This document shows, one piece after another, positions 27,170 to 37,252 of a stretch of DNA of 64,000 nt (position 1 is the first letter of the stretch; each line of letters begins with the position of its first letter). The DNA is taken from contig OY969557.1 of NCBI GenBank assembly GCA_963701025.1, positions 368,622-432,621 on the forward strand, read 5' to 3'. Under the pieces are notes generated by a model that searched no databases, was not told the origin of the DNA, and saw nothing but the letters and a program-made list of their open reading frames with translations. The stretch comes from an uncultured bacterium (GTDB lineage: Bacteria; Patescibacteriota; Minisyncoccia; Phycocordibacterales; PALSA-1337). The position numbers and the translations under genes were made by a program.

Positions 27170-29086
27170 TTACCCAAACGTGAAAGTATACGCCTCAACC
27201 CCCGGCCTCGAGAATATGATGTCCACCCTATGTTGCCCGGCCATATTATTTGGATCGGCATAGAAATTGTATAGGCGAGAAGAGTCGACATGGATGATGC
27301 CGCCTTTGTCGTCGACGCCGACCCGACTCGGCAGGATCGGCTTGCCGTCGATGAGAACGGTCGCGTCAGCAGGCTTGCCATCGGCCGTGGACAATATGAT
27401 ATAAGCTTTGGAAGCAGTGAATATGTACGACAAGGTCGATGAAGCAGATTCCGTCTCCGCGTACTCCTGGTCTATGTGCCACTTTCCTCCTAGATAGAAT
27501 TGATTGGGTGTCAATGAAGCCGGAGTAGTATAAGAATTATCTCCTTGAATGAGGGGGGTGCCGTTGCCGAAATACTCATTTCTCATGGCGCCGAAATATG
27601 TCTCCGGGCTTTGGGCTTGGATAGAATAATCTGACGCCGTGCTAGTACCAGTCGAGACCGAGCCGCTTTGGCCCAGATAAGCCATGCGATCATTCAAAAG
27701 CTTGACGATCTCCGACTCGAGGACAGGCTCATTGCCCTCGCCGATATAGTCGTAGACCACGTTGCCGTGTATGTCTATGAAATATTTGTGCGGCCAATAT
27801 TCATTGCCGTAGGCGTTCCAGGTGGCGTAATCATTGTCGAGAACAATCGGTAATTTCAGACCGTATTGCGCGGCGGCGGCTGTGACATTGTTGATATCTT
27901 TCTCGAAGGCGAATTCCGGCGTATGGATAGCCACGATTTCCAAACCTTGACTAGCATACTTGGACCACCACATATTCAAAGCCGGAAAAGTGCGCTCGCA
28001 ATTGATGCAGGAATAGTCGATGAAGTCGACGAGGATGACTTTTTTGCCGATGAAGTCGACGAGCTTGAACGGGGTATTACCGCCGTAGGGACTATTGACG
28101 AAACCTGCAGGATCTTTGATCTCGACGTATCTGCCTTCATTGGACTCTACCGGAGGTGGGGGTAGGTTCGCGGATATGGCGTTTTTCAAATCTTGCCGTA
28201 GCAAGATTCCGGAATGGGTCATCGCAGAGGAAGAGTCCACTGCGCCGCCGGTCGAAGCGGTCGAAGTCGCGCCAGAGAATGCCGATAATGAAGCTTCCGG
28301 CAGTGACGATGGCCCTTGCAATGATTGATGTATTGATTGCTCGATCGTCGTGACATCGAAGAATCCGCTGTTCAGGATGGCGGCCTCGACTTTCTTGTCC
28401 CAGCCGAAGACTATGGCCACGGCCACTATTATAAATAGGACGCCGAGGGCCTTGCGGAACCATCCGTACGGATCGGAGGCCCATTCAAGGCGGCCGACGA
28501 GCTTTTGGCCTATATAGGCGATGAGTAACAAAGCCAAGGACAAGCCGATAACGTAAGCCAAAAGATCGATGACGCCCATGCTCAAAGATTGCGGCAAGAC
28601 CGTGGCCAATATGACGAAGAAGGTCGGCGAACAGGTGGTGAAGACCGGGCCGAGTGCAGCGCCGACGAGAACATCTCCCCACCACGAGGCGCGATTCCGA
28701 TAACCCTTTGCCATCCACGATTCCGGTTTGTCGTGACCGGGCAATTTGAGCACGATCTTGGCCCAGGTTGTCGGGAACAAAAGGGTCAGGCCGAAGGCTA
28801 TCAGGATGATCGCCGATATATATGCCCAGAATGTCGGTGATGCTCCGATAAGAGCGGTCGAACCTTTCAGCAACAGAGTGAAGACGAAAACTGAAATCGC
28901 CAGGGCGCCGATGATAGTGAATGGCCTGCGCTTATTCCCCGCTTCCGCCATCGCTCCGCCCAAGGTCACCGGCAGAAGCGGCAGAACGCATGGCGCCAAT
29001 ACCGTGAGAGCTCCGGCGATGAATGAGACTAAAAGCAGTATCATGCCTTTTATTATACCTAATGGAGTGTAGTATGATAAGTCCAT
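27170..29086 (-). CDS. DsbD/CcdA-like transmembrane thiol-disulfide electron transporter fused to a periplasmic TlpA/redoxin domain (CINC) plus a C-terminal domain
   Basis: The N-terminal CcdA-type TM region has paired Cys (APCVLPLL; TTCSPTF). A thioredoxin-fold block follows (VILVDFIDYSCINCERTFP...YWPHKYFID). The start is taken at MDLSYY to avoid overlap with the divergent sigma gene. Confidence 0.7.
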   Translation of the reverse strand: MDLSYYTPLGIIKGMILLLVSFIAGALTVLAPCVLPLLPVTLGGAMAEAGNKRRPFTIIGALAISVFVFTLLLKGSTALIGASPTFWAYISAIILIAFGLTLLFPTTWAKIVLKLPGHDKPESWMAKGYRNRASWWGDVLVGAALGPVFTTCSPTFFVILATVLPQSLSMGVIDLLAYVIGLSLALLLIAYIGQKLVGRLEWASDPYGWFRKALGVLFIIVAVAIVFGWDKKVEAAILNSGFFDVTTIEQSIHQSLQGPSSLPEASLSAFSGATSTASTGGAVDSSSAMTHSGILLRQDLKNAISANLPPPPVESNEGRYVEIKDPAGFVNSPYGGNTPFKLVDFIGKKVILVDFIDYSCINCERTFPALNMWWSKYASQGLEIVAIHTPEFAFEKDINNVTAAAAQYGLKLPIVLDNDYATWNAYGNEYWPHKYFIDIHGNVVYDYIGEGNEPVLESEIVKLLNDRMAYLGQSGSVSTGTSTASDYSIQAQSPETYFGAMRNEYFGNGTPLIQGDNSYTTPASLTPNQFYLGGKWHIDQEYAETESASSTLSYIFTASKAYIILSTADGKPADATVLIDGKPILPSRVGVDDKGGIIHVDSSRLYNFYADPNNMAGQHRVDIIFSRPGVEAYTFTFG

Positions 29087-29687
29087 GCCACAATCGGAAA
29101 TATCGGGAACGGACGAGGAGCTCGTCGAGAAATGCAAGGCCGGTGATGACGCTGCTTATCGCGAGCTCATGTCCCGGCATTTGAAGCATATCTTCAATTT
29201 CGCCCGGCAATACGCCCGGAACGATGAGGATGCCGAGGACATCGCCCAGGATGCTTTCTTCAAGGCATGGAAATATATCAAACGCTTCAAGAAAGGTGCC
29301 AAATTCCTGCCATGGCTCTTCGCCATCGCCCGCAATACCGCCCTCGACCATGTCAAGAAGAAAAAGGCCGTGGTTTTTTCCGATCTGGACGATACGGAGA
29401 ACGACATGGTCTTCGCCGACAGCCTTGCCGATGAGGAGCCTCTGCCGGCGGAGGTATTCGCCCGCGCGGAGCTTGGCGACTTGCTCATGTCGTCTATGGC
29501 AGGCCTTCATCCGGACCATCGGGCCGTTCTCGTCATGCATTATCACGACGATATGACATTCGATGAGATAGCCATCGTCATGAGGAGACCGATGAATACC
29601 GTAAAAAGCTGGCATCGACGCTCATTGGCCAAGATAAGGGCTTCATTTCCGTCCGGAAAGGTCAGAGACACAGCCGCACCCGATTGA
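29085..29687 (+). CDS. ECF sigma factor (sigma-24/RpoE-like)
   Basis: Region 2 (ARNDEDAEDIAQDAFFKAW) and region 4 (MTFDEIAIVMRRPMNTVKSWHRRSLAKIR). Confidence 0.85.
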   Translation: MPQSEISGTDEELVEKCKAGDDAAYRELMSRHLKHIFNFARQYARNDEDAEDIAQDAFFKAWKYIKRFKKGAKFLPWLFAIARNTALDHVKKKKAVVFSDLDDTENDMVFADSLADEEPLPAEVFARAELGDLLMSSMAGLHPDHRAVLVMHYHDDMTFDEIAIVMRRPMNTVKSWHRRSLAKIRASFPSGKVRDTAAPD

Positions 29688-29720
29688 GCCGATTATTCGT
29701 ACTTAGCCTATTAAAAAACC

Positions 29721-30143
29721 ATGAATCACGCAGAAAACTCATATAAAAGACTGTTCGCGGGGTTACCTGCGGTCGAGCCTAGCGCAACTGTCATTCCAGC
29801 CGTTATGGGCCGGATAGCCCGCGCGCGAACGCTACGCGCCCGCCTCCATGCGGGACTGCATGGCGGCCTCATTCTCGGTGCTATCGCCGCCTTCGTGCCG
29901 GCCGTGAATGCCCTCACGGCGCGCGCCGCCCGCTCTGGATTTTCCGAGTATCTCTCGCTCATCTGGTCAGACGGCGGATCGGTCTTCGGCTCGTGGAAAG
30001 CTTTCGCTCTGTCTATCATCGACTCCGCTCCGATATTGGAGATAGGCGTCGTCATTGCTTTGGCGCTCGTCGTCGCCAATTCGCTCCGCCGCGGCGCGCG
30101 CTTCGTCTCGGCCGCCGGGCACGCGGGTATCGCATTTTCATGA
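29721..30143 (+). CDS. Putative membrane anti-sigma factor
   Basis: Small protein with TM segments immediately after the ECF sigma gene. Confidence 0.45.
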   Translation: MNHAENSYKRLFAGLPAVEPSATVIPAVMGRIARARTLRARLHAGLHGGLILGAIAAFVPAVNALTARAARSGFSEYLSLIWSDGGSVFGSWKAFALSIIDSAPILEIGVVIALALVVANSLRRGARFVSAAGHAGIAFS

Positions 30144-30619
30144 ATCTCAACGACTTCCTCCAATCAAAAAGATACTCGAGGCTCCTCGCCTCTCTCGGTA
30201 TCCTTTTGGTCGCCCTTATCGTCTTCGCCGCCGGAATCATCGTCGGCTATCGTAAGGCGGAATTCTCATATCGCTGGAGCAATAATTATTACCGGAATTT
30301 CGGCGGGCCGTCCTCGCCGTTCGGTCTGTCGGACGCCGACGATAATGCTCTCTCGCCGCATGGCGCTTTCGGCACAGTCATCGGGGTGAACCTGCCATCA
30401 TTCGCAGTCCGGGGACCTGACGAGGCCGAAAAGATCGTCATCATCGGGCCGCAGACTGTCATACGGTCCATGCGCAACCCCGCCACGACGAGCGACATCC
30501 GCACGGGACAGTCAGTCATCATCATCGGGGAGCCTGATGAGCAGGGACAAATCGATGCCTCGTTCGTGCGCATCGTGCCACCGCCGCCTTCGAGCGCCTC
30601 CACGACGATAACGCCATAG
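30140..30619 (+). CDS. Membrane-anchored hypothetical protein (single N-terminal TM, Pro-rich C-terminus)
   Basis: ATGA overlap with the upstream gene; coding-like composition. Confidence 0.45.
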   Translation: MNLNDFLQSKRYSRLLASLGILLVALIVFAAGIIVGYRKAEFSYRWSNNYYRNFGGPSSPFGLSDADDNALSPHGAFGTVIGVNLPSFAVRGPDEAEKIVIIGPQTVIRSMRNPATTSDIRTGQSVIIIGEPDEQGQIDASFVRIVPPPPSSASTTITP

Positions 30620-30624
30620 TAATT

Positions 30625-32499
30625 ATGAAAAGAACATTTAAAAAAAGCTTCGCCATCCTCGCCGCACATAAGGTATGGACCGGCGTAGCCGTGATCGCCG
30701 TCGTTGCCGCGGGGTATGGCGTCTATCATTACACTCGTCCCGCCCCCGTGCCGCAGTATACGATCTCCCGCGCGAGAGTCGGCAACATCGTAGAAACAGT
30801 CACCGGCACCGGGCAGGTCTCCGCCGCCAATCAGCTCGACGTCACAAGCCAGGTATCCGGCACCATAGAGTCCATCGACGCGACAGTCGGCCAACAGGTC
30901 AGTAAGGGCGATCTCATCGCCACCATAGACCCGACGAATGCCTTGAACGCCCTCAACAACGCCAAGATCGCCTACGCCAAACTAACCGAAGCGCCGAAAA
31001 CCACTGATATCTCGAACGCGCAGGATTCCGTGACGCAATCATACGGCAACGCTTTCAATACTGTCTCCTCATTATTCCTCGATCTCCAGATCGTCATGCC
31101 TGGGATGGATTCTCTTTTATACAATCAAGGGACATTCTTGAGCGACCAGGAGGCGACGCAATTGAGCATAACGGCGCAGAATTATCGCAACACGGCCGGC
31201 ATAAGCTATGACAAAGCCAAGACGCAATATCAGAGTCTTCTTGACGAATATGCCGCCTTGTCTAGGCAAAGCTCCACGAGCACGATAGACCAGGATCTTG
31301 CCGACGCGTACGCGTTAGCCAAGAACGTCGCCAACGCCTTGGCTGATATGCAGAATGCCATCACCTTCATCACCACTAATCAGCCGAATTATCTGACCAA
31401 AGACGCCGCGACTGCCCAAAGCAACGTGACGACGTGGTCGAATAGCATAAACAGCGATGTCTCTTCCCTGCTCTCTGCGGAGACGGGCATCACGAGCGCG
31501 GAGAATTCCCTGGCCAATCTCGTCGCTGGAGCGGACCCGTTGGACGTGCAGTCGCAGCAGCTATCGCTCCAGCAAGCCGAGCAGACCTACGCCAACTATT
31601 TCATCCGCGCGCCGTTCGACGGCGTCATCGGGCGCATCCCGGTCAATGTGTACGGACAGGCAGGCGGTTCGACCGTCATCGCCACCGTCATCGGCAACCA
31701 AAAGATCGCCACGCTGTCGCTCAATGAAGTCGACGCGGCCACGGTCAAGACCGGCGATCCGGTATCCCTCACCTTCGACGCCATCAATAATTTCACCGCC
31801 ACCGGCACAGTGGCTGAGGTCGACCTGGTCGGCACGGTGTCATCCGGCGTCGTCTCCTATGGCGTCAAAGTCGCCATCAATACCGGCGACAGCCGCATCA
31901 ACCCAGGTATGAGCGTGAATGCCACCATAACGACCAACGAGATAGATAATGTCCTCATCGTGCCGGCTGCCGCTGTGAAGACCCAGGGCAACGCGAATTA
32001 TGTCCAGATATTCGCTTCTTCGACGGTAAGTCAATATATGGCCACATTGGCAGCAACGAACGGAGCAGCCGCGAACGGAGGGACTGCGAGCTCGACTAGA
32101 AGGTCATTTGCCTCGACGACATTCGCCGGAGGATATAGCGGCGGAAGCGGCAGCGGTTCTACCACGAGACAGTTCGGCGCAGGCGGAAGCGGCGCGAACG
32201 GCACGGCTCGCAACACAAGCGTCACCATGAGTTCCGCTGTCGCGCCGCAAAATCAGATCGTGACCATCGGCGCATCCGATGGAACGAATACTCAGATACT
32301 CACAGGTCTTTCCACCGGAGCATGGGTCGTGACCAAAACCGTGGCGGCATCCGCCGCAGTCACCACTGCCGCGCCAAGCCTTCTATCCAGTCTCGGTGCA
32401 GGCGGCCGAGGAGGATTCGGCGGAGGAGGCGCGGGTGGCGGAGCAGTCAGAACGGCGGCGCCTGCGGCGGCACCGGCGGCAGCGGCTACGGGACGATAA
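30625..32499 (+). CDS. HlyD/MacA-family periplasmic adaptor subunit with a ~150-aa Gly/Ala/Ser/Thr-rich C-terminal tail
   Basis: N-terminal TM, coiled-coil region, beta-barrel/lipoyl segments, and a tail of GGSGSGS.../GGRGGFGGGGAGGG. Confidence 0.75.
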   Translation: MKRTFKKSFAILAAHKVWTGVAVIAVVAAGYGVYHYTRPAPVPQYTISRARVGNIVETVTGTGQVSAANQLDVTSQVSGTIESIDATVGQQVSKGDLIATIDPTNALNALNNAKIAYAKLTEAPKTTDISNAQDSVTQSYGNAFNTVSSLFLDLQIVMPGMDSLLYNQGTFLSDQEATQLSITAQNYRNTAGISYDKAKTQYQSLLDEYAALSRQSSTSTIDQDLADAYALAKNVANALADMQNAITFITTNQPNYLTKDAATAQSNVTTWSNSINSDVSSLLSAETGITSAENSLANLVAGADPLDVQSQQLSLQQAEQTYANYFIRAPFDGVIGRIPVNVYGQAGGSTVIATVIGNQKIATLSLNEVDAATVKTGDPVSLTFDAINNFTATGTVAEVDLVGTVSSGVVSYGVKVAINTGDSRINPGMSVNATITTNEIDNVLIVPAAAVKTQGNANYVQIFASSTVSQYMATLAATNGAAANGGTASSTRRSFASTTFAGGYSGGSGSGSTTRQFGAGGSGANGTARNTSVTMSSAVAPQNQIVTIGASDGTNTQILTGLSTGAWVVTKTVAASAAVTTAAPSLLSSLGAGGRGGFGGGGAGGGAVRTAAPAAAPAAAATGR

Positions 32500-32632
32500 T
32501 GGTTATTATGACGGGACATCTTCATGTGGGTGAGGATGCCTTGCGAGCGCGACTGGCGCGAGCACGAGGAATTTTTCAGCAGAAAAATATCCGTGCATAC
32601 GAATCCCACATGAAGATGTCCTTCAAATTACC

Positions 32633-33352
32633 ATGATCGAAGTAAAAAATATTACTAAAACCTACGTGAACGGGGATAACGAGACTCACGCCTTGCGCGG
32701 CGTGTCCTTCACCATCAAAGACGGCGAATTCGTGGCCATCATGGGGCCGTCCGGATCAGGCAAATCCACTCTCATGCATATCCTCGGCGCTCTAGACACG
32801 CCGACTTCCGGTACCTATATCCTTGACGGCAAAGACGTGTCCAAGCTGTCCGACGACGAGCTCGCCGTCATCCGACGGGACCGCATCGGTTTCGTCTTCC
32901 AGTCATTCAACCTCCTGCCTCGCGCCACCGTCATGAGGAACGTCACCCTACCGCTCATATACGCGGGAGTGCCGGAAGCTGAACGCGATAAGCGAGCACG
33001 GAAATCGCTGGAGTCGGCCGGGCTCGACGAGGACCGTTTCGACCACAAGTCGAATCAGCTCTCCGGTGGCCAGATCCAGCGCGTGGCCATCGCCCGGGCG
33101 CTGGTCAACAATCCGTCCCTTATCCTGGCCGACGAGCCGACAGGAAACCTCGACTCGCAGACAGGCGATATAGTCCTCGGCACGTTCCAGAGGCTGAATA
33201 AAGAATTGAAGGGCACCATCATCCTCATCACTCACGAGCGCGAAGTGGCCGAGCATGCCGACCGTATCATATACATACGCGACGGGCTCATCGTCGAAGA
33301 CGGCAGCTCGCACGAGAGGCGCATCATCGGCCATGCGAAACATAAAGCATGA
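32633..33352 (+). CDS. ABC transporter ATP-binding protein (MacB/LolD type)
   Basis: Walker [10 protein letters not shown], signature [15 protein letters not shown], Walker [12 protein letters not shown]. Confidence 0.9.
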   Translation: MIEVKNITKTYVNGDNETHALRGVSFTIKDGEFVAIMGPSGSGKSTLMHILGALDTPTSGTYILDGKDVSKLSDDELAVIRRDRIGFVFQSFNLLPRATVMRNVTLPLIYAGVPEAERDKRARKSLESAGLDEDRFDHKSNQLSGGQIQRVAIARALVNNPSLILADEPTGNLDSQTGDIVLGTFQRLNKELKGTIILITHEREVAEHADRIIYIRDGLIVEDGSSHERRIIGHAKHKA

Positions 33353-33412
33353 GGGTATAGGGTTAAGGGTGTAGGAAATCACACCCTCTACCCTACACCC
33401 TCTACCCTAACT

Positions 33413-34639
33413 ATGACCACCAAAGACATCATCCATGAGACGATATCAGCGCTCACCGCCAACAAAGTGCGTACGGCCCTGACCATGCTCGGCATAGTGA
33501 TCGGCATCAGCTCGGTCATAACCATGGTCTCCATAGGCCAAGGAGCCCAAGGCTCCATACAGTCGAGCATCCAAGCTCTCGGCTCTAACCTGCTCATCAT
33601 CTCTCCCGGCGCCCAAAGGACGCCCGGCTATCAGGCTTCGGCCGGCCGCGGATCGTCTCATACGCTTACGCCCGGGGACGCCGCGGCCATAAGCTCCGGC
33701 ATCGCCAACGTAGCCGCCGTCTCGCCGGAAGATTCCGGCCGTTATCAAGTGACCGCCAAAGGCACCAATACCAATACGACCGTGACCGGCGTCACCACGG
33801 CTTATGCCGACGTCCATAATGTCCAGGTCAATGACGGCTCATTCATTTCCGATAACGACAATAAGAGCCTGAACAAAGTGGCAGTCATCGGCCCGACTAC
33901 CGCCACGGATCTCTTCGGCACCGGAGTCGAGCCGGTCGGCCAAACCATAGTCATCAAAGGCATAAACTTCACCGTGATCGGCGTGACGGTCTCGAAGGGC
34001 ACCACCGGCTTCAATAACCAAGACGATATGATATATATCCCCTTGCAGGACTCGGAGCTCTTCCTGGTCGGAAATACGACATATCTGACGTCAGTCAGCG
34101 TGTCCGCAGTCTCAGCCGACGCCATGACGCAAGTCCAGAATGACATAACCGCACTGCTTCTCCAGAGGCACAAGATCAGCGATCCGACGCAGGCTGACTT
34201 CAACGTTCTGAACCAGGCGTCCATCGTCTCGGCGGCATCATCAGTCACCGGCACTTTCACCATACTGCTCGGCGCCGTAGCCGGCATATCCCTCGTCGTC
34301 GGCGGCATCGGCATCATGAATATGATGCTCACCACCGTGACCGAGCGCACCCGCGAGATCGGCCTGCGCAAAGCCATCGGCGCCAAGCGGCGCAACATCA
34401 GCACCCAATTCCTGACAGAGGCCGTGGCTTTGACCGTGATAGGCGGAGCCATCGGTGTCTTCCTCGGCTGGCTCATATGTTACGGAATGACCTATTTCGG
34501 CATCTTGCAAACGTCTATCTCGATCTCATCCATCCTCCTAGCTTTCGGCGTCTCCGCGGCCATCGGCATCGTTTTCGGCTATTACCCCGCCCGCCGCGCA
34601 GCTGGATTGAATCCGATAGAGGCCTTGAGGTATGAGTAG
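33413..34639 (+). CDS. ABC transporter permease, MacB/FtsX family
   Basis: N-terminal TM, a large periplasmic domain and a C-terminal FtsX four-TM bundle (TERTREIGLRKAIGA). Confidence 0.85.
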   Translation: MTTKDIIHETISALTANKVRTALTMLGIVIGISSVITMVSIGQGAQGSIQSSIQALGSNLLIISPGAQRTPGYQASAGRGSSHTLTPGDAAAISSGIANVAAVSPEDSGRYQVTAKGTNTNTTVTGVTTAYADVHNVQVNDGSFISDNDNKSLNKVAVIGPTTATDLFGTGVEPVGQTIVIKGINFTVIGVTVSKGTTGFNNQDDMIYIPLQDSELFLVGNTTYLTSVSVSAVSADAMTQVQNDITALLLQRHKISDPTQADFNVLNQASIVSAASSVTGTFTILLGAVAGISLVVGGIGIMNMMLTTVTERTREIGLRKAIGAKRRNISTQFLTEAVALTVIGGAIGVFLGWLICYGMTYFGILQTSISISSILLAFGVSAAIGIVFGYYPARRAAGLNPIEALRYE

Positions 34640-34651
34640 AGACTTCAAATT

Positions 34652-35098
34652 TCAATTCGTCTTAGTCGCTAACATTTTCTTGATCTCATCCCGGATTTTG
34701 ATCAACTCAATTTCGGCCATAGGCTCACGATCACCTGTTCTATAAAGCATGCTCCTTGGATCATAGCCGAGCAGTCCGGTATCCCCTTCTTTTCGACTAA
34801 TGATGTGCAGATGGAAATGTGGGATGGACTGTCCGGCTAATTTCTCCTGATTCCACACGCAATTGAATCCTTCTGCGCCATATAGCTTGCGTAATGTGGC
34901 CATAATCTTATCCGCCAATTCCAATATCGCTAAACGTTCCGCGGACGTCAGTTCACCCAATGTCTTTGCGCACTTGCGCGGGGCTATGAGGATATGCCCA
35001 AGAGTGATCGGAATGTTCGTGGGAAAGGCCCAAGCCAGGTCATTGCCGATGATCTCGCGGGCCTTGATATCTGGGTCTGAGCAGTATATGCAGGTCAT
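34652..35098 (-). CDS. HIT-family (histidine triad) nucleotide hydrolase
   Basis: HFHLHII triad. Lies in an AT-rich segment. Confidence 0.8.
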   Translation of the reverse strand: MTCIYCSDPDIKAREIIGNDLAWAFPTNIPITLGHILIAPRKCAKTLGELTSAERLAILELADKIMATLRKLYGAEGFNCVWNQEKLAGQSIPHFHLHIISRKEGDTGLLGYDPRSMLYRTGDREPMAEIELIKIRDEIKKMLATKTN

Positions 35099-35820
35099 AG
35101 ATTGTATAGGTATATCAATCTCTCAAGGCCAAATCCAAATCCTACGAATTTTTTCTCTAGGATATTTGTATTTATAATATTCTCTTTATCTACAATAAAG
35201 TTATGCTTATTGAGATTCTCCCCAAGATTGCCACATGCTGCTATCTCAACGCACTCACTTTTGTTTACAAAGAATATTTCAAATTTTGATGTCTGATGGC
35301 TATCGCTTCCTTGAGTATCATAAAATGACTCATCTATTGGATAATCTGTGACAATGAGCCAATACTTGCCTTGTAGCTTCTCTTTGTCTATTTCAGAAAA
35401 TCCCTTATGAGTCATATATTTGATTTCCGAATCGGATAGTTTGGGTAAAGCTAGACGCTCTTCTAATGATTTCAGTATTTCGATATATTTATTGATCACA
35501 TAGCTCATTGTTCCTTGCGACTGATAGATGTCAACTACGGTGAATTCGTATTGATACAAACTAGAGAGTTTCTTTTCGTCTCTAAACATGCTACCTATCC
35601 AAAAAAACTTATCGTGATTCACCCCGACCTGCCAAATGTCGGGCTCGGGATTATAGCGTAAAAAGAGATTCTCTTTAATTTTAAAACTATCGGTGTTTTC
35701 AATCTTGTAATCTATAGTCGAATACAGATGATGTTCGAAAAAATCCTGACTCTTAAGGAGGTCTCTTATAACATTTATGAACAGACTAAGCTTGTATTGT
35801 TGTTGATAACTGGGATTCAT
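35095..35820 (-). CDS. Standalone class IIb aminoacyl-tRNA-synthetase catalytic-core paralogue (AsnA/EpmA-like amino-acid ligase), no anticodon-binding domain
   Basis: Motif 2 (IGSMFRDE...YEFTVVD) and motif 3 (GFGFGLERL). Only 241 aa, in an AT-rich segment with different codon usage. Confidence 0.6.
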   Translation of the reverse strand: MNPSYQQQYKLSLFINVIRDLLKSQDFFEHHLYSTIDYKIENTDSFKIKENLFLRYNPEPDIWQVGVNHDKFFWIGSMFRDEKKLSSLYQYEFTVVDIYQSQGTMSYVINKYIEILKSLEERLALPKLSDSEIKYMTHKGFSEIDKEKLQGKYWLIVTDYPIDESFYDTQGSDSHQTSKFEIFFVNKSECVEIAACGNLGENLNKHNFIVDKENIINTNILEKKFVGFGFGLERLIYLYNL

Positions 35821-35943
35821 AGAATAATATTAACACAAACCGCTCCTTGATTTCCTAACCCCGTATATGATACTCTTTAGCGGTAGGTTTTTACCTACCG
35901 GATTTTATTCGAGGCCCGCCTCACGGCGGGTCTTTGATTTGTC

Positions 35944-36441
35944 ATCGATATCTGAACCTGTCCATGTTCAGTCTATATTCAAAATCCTCGGCAAATAATA
36001 CCTTACTGACCGTCCCGTCGTTGACAGCGTCAATAGTCTCTCCGGCTATATGATTCCTCGCTCCGAATACATAAGACACCTTGCTGAAATCGTCCTTAAG
36101 ATTGTGAACCCTGAAATATTCTTGTTATCGTGAATGTATTTGACTCGTTTTGTCACCACATCGAATCTGTTCATTTCGGCACGCCTGAGTATGTTGCTTG
36201 ACCAAGGTGTAAGAGTAGTCGAATTAGAATCACTCCCGTAATCAGAACCGTAATAAAATCTCCTTAAACTGCTGTCGCCCTTAGAAAAATGCCTCGCCAA
36301 CGCCGCCAGCTCCTGAATACCGATTTTCCATCGCAAGCTTTGTTTCCATTTCTCGACATTGCTGAAATCGACTATCACTATGGTGCGCGACAGCTTATCG
36401 GAAAAAGAGTCTGTGAATTTTTTGATCTCTGTTTTATTCAC
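35944..36441 (-). pseudogene. NYN/LabA-like domain protein, apparently frameshifted near 36046
   Basis: The N-terminal ORF (RTIVIVDFSNV...) stops at 36046. An adjacent frame continues with ...GETIDAVNDGTVSKVLFAEDFEYRLNMDRFRYR to about 35944. Confidence 0.4.
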
Positions 36442-36523
36442 TGCGCCGTTGATTTTACAGCACCTATTTATCTTGTGAAGTTCCCATGAGCAAAAAATCG
36501 TGTGCCTATGCTAAAATACCTCC

Positions 36524-37207
36524 ATGAAAACCGCTCTCATCACCGGCGTCGGACGCGGCATAGGCAAGGCGTTGGTGAAGAAATTCATGAAAGAGGGATA
36601 CGCCGTCGTCGGCACTTCCCAGACTGGCGTTGTCGATTATTCAGATCAGAATCTGAAGGTGTTTCAGCTCGATTTAACTTCCACGACTTCTATAAAGAAA
36701 TGTGCAGACCAGATCATCGAAAGCGGCATAAAGATAGATATCATGATAAATAATGCCGGCGTCAATATAGATTATGACGAGACCCATGTGCTCATAAACA
36801 TGCTCCGAAATACGCTCGAAGTGAATCTTTTTGGTACCGTAAACTTCACTGAACAGGTCATACCGGCGATGAGCGCCGTCAGCCACATAGTGAACATATC
36901 TTCGCAAGCGGGCTCTATAGCTGACGCGGAAAATGTACTCGATACGCATTATCCATATCACTACCCCGCTTACAAGATATCCAAAGCTGCACTAAACATG
37001 TACACACGCACATTGGCTCTGCGATTCAAACATGAGAATGCGGGCATCATCGTCTCTTCCGTCCACCCCGGCTGGGTGCGCACAGACATGGGCGGCGAGG
37101 ATGCGCCGACTACACCGGAAGATGCAGCCGAGAATATCTACAAGCTGGCTATTTCAAGACCGGAGACGGGACAATTTTGGTTCAACGGAAAAAAATATCC
37201 GTGGTAA
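36524..37207 (+). CDS. Short-chain dehydrogenase/reductase (SDR)
   Basis: TGVGRGIG cofactor motif, NNAG, and catalytic YxxxK (YPAYKISKAA). Confidence 0.85.
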   Translation: MKTALITGVGRGIGKALVKKFMKEGYAVVGTSQTGVVDYSDQNLKVFQLDLTSTTSIKKCADQIIESGIKIDIMINNAGVNIDYDETHVLINMLRNTLEVNLFGTVNFTEQVIPAMSAVSHIVNISSQAGSIADAENVLDTHYPYHYPAYKISKAALNMYTRTLALRFKHENAGIIVSSVHPGWVRTDMGGEDAPTTPEDAAENIYKLAISRPETGQFWFNGKKYPW

Positions 37208-37252
37208 AAATCGGCACTCGCCGATTTTTCATACTTAATCGGCGCTTCCGGG

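Noticed and set aside
28932-29615. 227-aa minus-strand ORF overlapping the ECF sigma gene; likewise 30289..30894, 59289..60161, 51825..52997, 60834..61580
   Set aside because: Shadow ORFs typical of high-GC DNA, each opposite a CDS with clear family motifs.
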